Part shown: positions 11,505 through 20,000 of the stretch, in pieces | Layout of the letters: each line of letters starts with the position of its first letter | Numbering within the stretch: position 1 is the stretch's first letter | Source: Saprolegnia diclina VS20 | Lineage: Eukaryota | Direction of reading: 5' to 3' | Length of the DNA: 20,000 nucleotides | NCBI RefSeq assembly: GCF_000281045.1 | Contig: NW_008246085.1 | Location: 485,292-505,291 of the forward strand | Position numbers and translations under genes: made by a program | The notes under the pieces: model-generated | What the model was told of the DNA's origin: nothing | The model's input: only the letters and a program-made list of their open reading frames with translations | Databases searched by the model: none

Positions 11505-14144
11505 ATGCAGTTCCTCAAGAGCACCGTCATGGGCCTCGGCTCCGCCTTCACGATGGGCAGCGTCGGAGGCCTTCCATTCTCGCTCGAGTCCGCCGAGCCT
11601 GCCTACGATGCGGGGCTTCCGGACTTTCTCCTGCTTCGCGGCAAAGCCAAGGCCGACGGCAGTAGCGTCGCGGTCTTCAAGTCCAAGCTGCCCTCGAATG
11701 CGCTAGCGCAGAACGCTCTGCGGCGCATTAAGACGCTTCGCCACCCGAATGTCCTCGCCTACATCGTACGTCGGCGTCCTCGGTCCATGTAGGCTCATGA
11801 TGATGCGGCGTAGGATGGCATTGACGTGCCCAACAACGGCCACGTGTTCATCGTCACCGAAGACGTCGTACCATTGAACGCCTACCTCGACGACATCCGC
11901 GCCGAATATGGTGCCAACAGCAACGAGGAGAAGGTCCTCCTCGCTTGGGGGCTTCGGTCGATCCTCGGCGCGCTCAAGTTTATCAACAACGACGTCAAGC
12001 TCATTCATGGCCGACTGAACCCGACCAGCATCTTTGTCACCAAGGTAGCGCTCGTGCTCCCATATACGCGCATACGTATGTGTTATGCTAGGGCGGCGAG
12101 TGGAAGCTCGGCGGCTTTGAACTCACGGGCGAGCCCAACATGAGTGCGCCGTTCGTCCAGCACGACCACACGGTGGACCCGCGCTTCGAGGCACCCGGTA
12201 CGCCTCCCAATCGAGCTCTGTTCGTTCTTAGAGTCTGCGTAGAGTGCGCCCGCCGGGACTGGTCGTCTGTGGCGTCGTCGCCCACGTACGCGGTGGATAT
12301 GTATGCGCTCGCGTGCCTCATCATTTATCTGCACCACCCGTCGTTCTCGTCGCCGAGCGATGCGAGTCGCGTTCCGTCCGGTCTCTCGACGGTGGTCAAG
12401 CGCAGCACGGACGCGACGGCCACGCGGCGCCTCAACCCCGAACAGGCGCTGCAGAGCGCGTACTTTGAGTCGCACTTTTTGCGGCAAATGACATTTCTCG
12501 ACGAGCTCGCCATCAAGTCGCCGGACGAAAAGGTCGAGTTTTACAAAGATCTGAGTGCAAGCATCGACGCTCTGCCCAAGCACACGGCCGTCTTCAAGGT
12601 CCTTCCAGCGCTCAAGGCGATTGTCGACTTTGGCGTCGCGACGGGCGGCAAGGCCGGTGGCAACTACAAGCTCGATCCGTCCGAGAGTCATATGTTGCCG
12701 GCCATGGTCAAGATCGGAAACCAGCTCTCGGTACGTACCTCGAGCATAGCATTGCAGCATGGAACCGTTTGTGTAGCCGGACGAATTCAAAGACCAAGTG
12801 CTGCCGACGCTCATCAAGCTCTTTGGCTGCAACGACCGCGCCGTGCGCCTCCAGCTGCTGCAGATGATGGAGTCGTTCGCGGTGCACTTTGATGCCAAGC
12901 TCGTCAACAGCAACGTTATCTTTGACAATATCTGCACCGGTTTCCATGATACGTCGGCCGTCTTGCGCGAGTACACGGTCAAGAGCATGCTGCACATCGC
13001 CGACAAGCTCTCCGACTCCAACTTGAATACGAAGCTCATGAAGTTCTTTGCCAAGCTCCAGGTTACCCTTTGCAAAATATATGGTTGCTGACATGCCGAG
13101 GCAGACGGACCCGGAACCTGCCATTCGCACCAACACGACGATTTGCCTGGGCAAGATCGCGCCGCATCTCAGCGCCGCCACGCGAGCCAAAGTGCTCTTG
13201 CCCGCGTTCTGCCGCGCCCTTAAAGACCCGTTCCCGCACGCACGTCTCGCAGGCTTGCGCACACTGGTCGCTTGCGACGTACGTGCTCTCCCCCATGGCG
13301 CAAGTCTCAGTGCTCCCATTTTTGTAGGAGTACTTTACGTACCAAGACGTTGCTTGCGCCATCATCCCTGCGATCGCGCCGCTCATGCTCGACATTTCGC
13401 CCAGCGTCCGCGACGAGGTCGACTCGCGATCCTCGGCAAAGTTGCATCATTCCTGCGTAGACGCTGACGTGCATGGCTGATTACATTAAGAAGATCCAGG
13501 ACGAAGCCGCCCAAATGAAGCTGCGCGAGGCCGACGAAGAGCGCGAGCGCCAGTTGCACGAAGCTGCCAACCCTGTTGTGCCCGACACGGCGCCGGTCTC
13601 GAGTACCTCGTCCGCGTCGTGGCAGCAGCCAAAACCTGCTGCCTTCAGCGCGCCGATCTCGGCAAATGACTTCAATGACGACGGTGACGACGCGTGGGGC
13701 GACGACCTCGACGATTTGACGAGCCCAACGACAACGACACCAGCGACATCTTTTACGACTACCAGTGCGTCGTGGTCGACACCCGCTCCAAGCACGTTCG
13801 CATCCTCTGCACGGCAAGCGCCTTTGGCACCAAAGCCGTTACACGTGACGCCGCCCAAGCCGTTGCAGCCTGCGGCGGCCAAGGACGATTTCTTTGGCGA
13901 CTGGGGCGCGCCGTCGTCAACGGGGTCGTCCGCGTCGCGCACGAGCTCGGGGTCGCTGAGTTTGCAAAAACCGTCTGCGTCAGTTGGGTTCAGCAGTGCG
14001 AGTGCGTCGCCTATCAAGCCAGCCGAGCCCAAAAAGTCGCTCCAGGACCGCCGGTCCGAGGCGAAAGCCAAGCGAGAACCCCTCGGCGCGTTGAAGCTCC
14101 AGAACAAGCCCAAGGGCGGCGACAACTGGGACTGGGATATGTAG
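11505..14144 (+). CDS. SCYL1: SCY1-like pseudokinase with HEAT repeats (SCYL1/NTKL/Cex1 type), 8 exons
   Basis: Inferred introns: 11766-11813, 12045-12091, 12198-12242, 12731-12776, 13062-13104, 13279-13327, 13418-13460. Motifs IKTLRHPNVLAY, IHGRL (no HRD), GEWKLGGFE (no DFG), HEAT region (DRAVRLQLL, EPAIRTNTTICLGKIA, RALKDPFPHARLAG) and a disordered acidic/Trp-containing tail ending NWDWDM. Confidence 0.92.
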
Positions 14145-15032
14145 CCACCTTGTATGCAGCGCTCGTAGACTATCGGGTATTCCCAACGCGACCACCCGTC
14201 TTCTTCCTTCAACATGGATCCTTTCGCCTTCTCTCGCCAGAGCCTGCCACGTGGCATGAGGTCACTGCCTTCGGAAACGGCTCGATTGGCGTGGCGCGCC
14301 GCGATTGGGCCACCGAGGATTGCGGCATGAAACCGCTCAGCTCTTAGAGCTCGTGCGGGTCGTCCCGCAGGACCAGGACCATGGCGTGCATCGAAGCGAG
14401 CGCGTCGAAGCGCGCCATGCCCTCGTCTCACGCTGCCCATCCCGCTCACGAGATGATAGGCGACTTGGCGCACGCAGCATGGAGCATGAACCGGCAAGAA
14501 GGAAGCTTCCCTTCCTGAAGGTCGTTCTCGGCGCTGCGGGGCGGACGCCATCAGCTCCATCTTCCCTCGCCTTCGCCGTATCCAGTGGAAGAAAAACACG
14601 TAACGGCCCCGCGGCGGCATTACCTACCGAGCGTTGCACACGACACGGCGGGTGCAATATAATAAAATGTACCTTGCGATTTGTATCCTGTTTTGTTGCG
14701 TTGGAATATTATTATTGTCGCGATCTTGGCCCGTTTGGAGGCACGGGAAGGAAATTAATATCGCGTCATAAAATAAAATGACACCCGATGGTCGCTGCGT
14801 TCTTGAGCTTCAAGGATGTGGTGGCGAATAATAATTTTCAAATAAAATAAAGAGCGCGAAACCTGCAAAAGATAATAATCGGCCCAACAATCTTGCGGCG
14901 TTTACACGTGTGGCGTCCGTCCATACAAAGAGGCAGTGATTGTTGCACATGGCGAGGTCTCCCATTTCTGCAACGGATTTCTATTTTCGAGCGCACTTGG
15001 CAGGCAACGCGAGTTGTTGTGGCGATCCCTGA

Positions 15033-15764
<732 letters not shown>

Positions 15765-16194
15765 ACGACTCCGCCACCGCAGGCCCGTAGTTTTGCATTC
15801 GGTTTATATTTTAGCTTGCCAACAACTGGGAACGATTTATTCTAATACAACGATTCTACTGTTTGCAAACAAGTCATCCGCGTCCCTCTACACGGCCAGC
15901 TCCTCTACCTCGTTTGTCGACCCGCCGCTTCATTCCTCCATCTCTTGTCGGTCAGATCCGCATGCGTCGTTTCGACCTGAGAATGATCCAAATGTCGATC
16001 CACCATGCGCAGAAGATCGCAATCTCGACATCGTGCGTGCATGCGCTACACGGAAACACCGTAGCCTGCATTGTGGCAATGCCAACGTCTGCTCTTGCCC
16101 GGAGCTTCAAGATAGTCGATGATGCAAAAGATTGTGTGTGATAATGGGCGGCCCTCTACAGTGTCCCCATAGCATCGTACGACCACGGCGCGCT

Positions 16195-16643
16195 TTACGG
16201 GCCTTCGCCGAGCATGAGGTTGACGCGCTTCATGATGTAGTCCTTGGACGGATCGTACGGCAGGTCCTTGCTCGGGATCTCGAGCACCGTGGGGATCGTC
16301 TGCTCGTACGCGTTCAGGAGATGGCGGATTTCTTCGGCAACCTAGCCACGTTATGAGCCACCGTCTTTCGCCCATCCGGTCACCCACATGCTGGTTGATA
16401 AGAATAATGGCAATGTCATCGCGGCTCGAGAGGCGCTTGAAGGCGTCTTCGATGACCGAGATCGGCGTTGCTACAATGGGCATGAGCTGCCTATCGATAC
16501 GACGCGCGCAACGCACTGGGCTTGACGACGAGGAAGTTGGTGCCTTCGGCTGTGCGGTGGCCGACGCCCGCGAGGATGAAGCCCGTGACCGTATCTTCGT
16601 CGCCGATGACACCGACAAGCTTCGTAGCGCTCTCCAAGCTCAT
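16195..16643 (-). CDS. ATP6V1F: V-type proton ATPase subunit F, 3 exons
   Basis: Introns 16471-16516 and 16342-16387. Spliced product: MSLESATKLVGVIGDEDTVTGFILAGVG...DDIAIILINQHVAEEIRHLL...IPTVLEIPSKDLPYDPSKDYIMKRVNLMLGEGP, a hallmark Vma7 sequence. Confidence 0.97.
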
Positions 16644-16879
16644 GCTGCTGCTTCCTTCCTCGTTCGGGTCTTGAAGAAATGACCACAAGTCAATTGGCGA
16701 AAATCACGACTCGTTTTATTCATCTCCAAAACTATTTTAAAGCAAAATCATACAAATACCATGTTTAAATAAAATAAAAAGGAGCTCATGGCAGTGGGAA
16801 ACCAAATATTATTATGCAGATACCGCCAAAAACGGTTTAAATTAAAACCCGGAGCCAAAACCCGGACGCAAGTGGAGCC

Positions 16880-17878
16880 ATGGAGACCCGGCGCAAGAGC
16901 TTCGAACCGACCTCGATCGCGCAGTACTACGAGAGCGTATCCGACTGCCTCAGCTTCAACGCAGCCGCCGAGCGCCAGCGGTACGAAGCGTCGGCAGCGC
17001 CACCGGACTCATGCTGGGCTTGTGTAGGAACTATGACCGCAAGCGCCGGGCGCTGGTCCAGACCATCGGCTACGAAGCCGTGCTGAACCGAGCAAAGCGC
17101 ACGCAGCTCTCGTACACGTCGTATGCTTCGCCCAGCACGTCAAGCGCAACGCAGCCGTCCTCGGTAGCTCCAGCCACCTTGGTCGTCGATCTAGTGTGAC
17201 CGCACGATGCGTAGATGAGCACATTGAAGCCAGCGCCGTCGCCAGGCATCAAGATGCCGCAGACATACAACATGGACCCCAAGCAGCTCGCTGCCAAGTA
17301 CAAGCCAAATGTGCCCGCGACGCTCAAGCCGATGCTGCCATCGGAGACCACCACCGACGCGAAGCTGCCCTTTGCGATCGGGACGGAAGTTGTCATCAAA
17401 GTCGTACTCAATACTTGACCATCGTGGCCCGCTGCAGCCTCAAGCATACACCATGTAGGCCGTCGACAAGCTCGCTGCATATGGCCTCTCGCAGCTCACG
17501 GGCAAGAAGGGCAAGATCATCTCGGCGCCGACGGCAAAAGGCCAGTTCTTGTACGGTGTTATGTTTGACAACAACACGCTACAGCATGTGCCCGTGGAGG
17601 CGCTCGCGCTCGCCTCGCAGGCAGGCCAGATGCAACTGCCGGCCGCGAGCCAGCTCAAAATTGAGCACTCGTTCCACATGCACCGGTTGATGCAGGACCA
17701 GTTCAAGGAGATCCAGGCGCTCCAGAAACAGCACGCCGAGTACCGGCAGGCCAACAACACGGCTGCCATGGCCGAAGTCCAAAAGTCGCTTTCCGTGCTT
17801 CGGAACCTCCACCTCTCGCAGATTCGGTCGCTCAAGACCAAGCAAGAGGACGAGTTGCGCCAAAAGGAAATTGCATAA
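16880..17878 (+). CDS. Hypothetical protein with a putative SH3-like/Tudor/KOW-type barrel and a C-terminal coiled coil, 4 exons
   Basis: Inferred introns 16981-17027, 17164-17214 and 17404-17458 join four ORFs in frame. Coding-like GC3 bias. TAA at 17876-17878 is followed by AT-rich 3' sequence. Splice sites are less certain than in the conserved genes. Confidence 0.7.
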
Positions 17879-18035
17879 ATTTACGTTGGACAAGAATTGG
17901 TCAAGAACAATTGTGCAATAAGAAAATGTAATGCAATAAGATGTCATGCAAGGGATCGATTATACACAGCGGTTTACATATAGTGGAAGACAGGGTGGAC
18001 TACAGCATGAGGCGAATAATGCTCAAGAGCGCGCT

Positions 18036-20000
18036 TTAAGAAGCGTTGGCGTAGCACGAGTTGACGAGGGTCTCGGCGCGCGGCAAGAAGCGCTGCGGCA
18101 CGCGGTCCTTGCCGTTGGCAACCGTTTCGGTGGCCTGCGAGACGCACGCGATGAGCGCGGTCTCCTTGGCGATGAGCGCGACCTCTTGCTGGTGCAGCGA
18201 TGCAATCTGCGCGTCGAGTGACGCGTACTCTGTCACATACGATGCGTTGAGGAGCGAGCGGAAGTCGGGCTTGGGCAGCACGAGGAGATTGGACGGCGTG
18301 TTGGCCTTGGCATTCGTCATGCACTGCGTGACATTCTGCAGGAGACCGTTGTACGGCGACGGGCCGACGGTCGACCACGCGTCGTCGTAACAGCTCTGCA
18401 GTAGAAGGTAGTGGTCTTCGATCGCGAGCGACTGGAGCGCGCTCGTGTTGAGGGCGAGCGCAACATCGCTGGCTTTGTTTGACTCGAAGATGGCGTGTGC
18501 GTTCGCGAGCGTGACGTCCGCACCGAGTTGCGCCTCGGTTGGGGCCCCCGAGGTGTCCGTGTCGATCAATGGCTTTGTGCACGTCGTGTTGGTGTACGTC
18601 TCAAAGCCCAAATACTCTGCCGGGTTGAGGACGTGCGTCGTCGCGTTGGCAAAGATCGCGAACGCGCTGCTCGCGCACTGAAGAATCGCGTCAAAGGTGG
18701 CGCGGATGGCGAAGAACTTGGCCGGATCGTTGTTGACGGTCGCGAGCTCCGTGTTGCGCTGATGGACGAGCCCCGTGTCGATTTCGAGCTCGCTGACGAA
18801 CCCGTCGCGGTTGGTATCCGCCGGGAGCGGAAACGGGTACGGGAGCATGCACAGATCGCGGATCCACGAGACAAGCGACGGAATTTTAGTGGGCTGCACA
18901 ACACCGTTGAAGCCAAAGACGTCGACACCGACGTCGATGCACTTGTCGAGCGTCGCAAAGTACTCGACGAGGTACGTGAGCACGATGGCGCGCGCGTCCG
19001 GCGAGTTGAACCAGATCGTCGTGACGTTTGCCTCCAACGCTCCTTGGACTTGGGCCACAGTCGTCTTGGCCTGGTCCGCAGTGATCGGACTTCCAGACGA
19101 GGCTGCAATCTGGACGAGCGCCTGAGCAGCTTCGTTCTTGATCTCGTCAAGGGTCGGCTCATAGTTGGTCGGGGCCGGCGTCGGCGTTGAAACCCAGCTG
19201 GTGGTAGGCTCGGGCGTCACGGTTGTCGGCTCGGGCGTCACGGTCGTTGGCTCGGGCGTCACGGTCGTTGGCTCCGGCGTCACGGTCGTTGGCTCCGGCG
19301 TCACGGTCGTTGGCTCCGGCGTCGCGGTTGTCGGCGCCGGCGTCACCGTTGTCACAACGGGCGTAGTCGGTAGGAGACAGACGTGGCGAACAGTGTACAG
19401 CAAAACCTGAACGTCGTCGTAGCTGAGGGGCTGGTTGGCCGGGTACTTGCTCAAGGCCGAGGACGTGCAGTTGATAAAGTCTGTGGACGCTTGAAGCGTC
19501 TTGGTGACGTAGTCGATGACGTCCGAATGCGCGTAGTGCAATTGCACCGGAAGCGGCGAAGATGTCGTCGGCGTAGGTGTCACAAGAGTGCCACAGTTGA
19601 CATCAACGACCTGAAAGAACGCTTGAAGTGCACTGTCGTTCGGGATGCCTGGGCTCGATCCGTAAAGCTACATCGCCCGCTAAGAGTTGCAAAAGAGTCG
19701 GTGGGACATCATACCTGGCTAAAGGCATCTCGAATGCACTTGATCTTGGCGCTAAAGCTTTCGGTGATGGAGGCCGTTGCGGCAGCAGCGCCAGTGTTGA
19801 TGTCAGCGATGGCCTTTTCCTTGATCGAGTTCACATAGCCTTCGACCTCACTGAGATCGAGCAGACCGTTGCTGTCCGAGTCGATTTGTGAGAACGCACT
19901 CGAGTGCGTGGGGACTGGTGACGGCGTGGCAGTTGGTGTCATTGTGGGCACCGTTGTTGAGGCGTCTGTAGGGGCATCCGTGGGCGCGTTTGTAGGAGCG
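18036..20000 (-). CDS. 3' part of a mucin-like, probably secreted protein with EF-hand loops and repeated Cys-paired helical modules; 5' end lies outside the window
   Basis: Exon 19715-20000, intron 19668-19714 (CAG|GTATGA...GTAG|CTT), exon 18036-19667. Canonical EF loops DSDSNGLLDLSE (19847-19882) and DTNRDGFVSELE (18783-18818). Thr/Pro-rich linkers (APTDAPT, TPEPTTV). Confidence 0.85.
19206..19352 (-). repeat. Coding minisatellite, 7 x 21 bp, encoding TT(V/A)TP(E/A)P
   Basis: Directly visible tandem units with minus-strand consensus acg acc gtg acg ccS gag cca; inner units nearly identical. Confidence 0.95.

Noticed and set aside
12083..13075. 330-aa minus-strand ORF
   Set aside because: Lies wholly antisense to well-supported SCYL1 exons; no protein-like features.
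13481..14620. 379-aa minus-strand ORF antisense to the SCYL1 last exon
   Set aside because: Most of it is the antisense shadow of a GC-rich coding exon; there are no recognisable motifs, and long antisense ORFs are expected at this GC3 level.
15860..16190. Possible snoRNA or TPP riboswitch (CTGAGA at about 15977) between ARF1 and ATP6V1F
   Set aside because: No proper box C/D pair and none of the other TPP aptamer elements; more simply convergent 3' UTR or intergenic sequence.
19206..19352. CRISPR-like array
   Set aside because: Head-to-tail 21-bp units with no spacers, in frame within a eukaryotic CDS.

Overview
Gene-dense eukaryotic DNA, not prokaryotic. The GC-rich exons, about 42 very short spliceosomal introns (40-55 nt) and oomycete-like INR/FPR and CCAAT promoter motifs suggest a Saprolegniales oomycete (Achlya/Saprolegnia-like; inference). 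Manual splicing gives ten protein-coding genes: the 3' end of a type I membrane protein (+), an LRRC40-like LRR protein (-), XPF/ERCC4 (+), an App1-like HAD phosphatase (+), a Yak1-type DYRK kinase (-), a SCYL1/Cex1 pseudokinase (+), ARF1 (+), V-ATPase subunit F (-), an orphan SH3-like-barrel/coiled-coil protein (+), and the 3' part of a mucin-like protein (-). The best novelty candidate is the last gene: six divergent helical modules, each closed by a Cys pair and two with canonical EF-hand loops. Other notable points are a 53-bp head-to-head gap between LRRC40 and XPF, convergent genes whose stop codons share one TTAA, and a likely GC-AG intron. No mobile elements, CRISPR arrays, rRNA or tRNA were seen. 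All calls come from manual reading without database searches.
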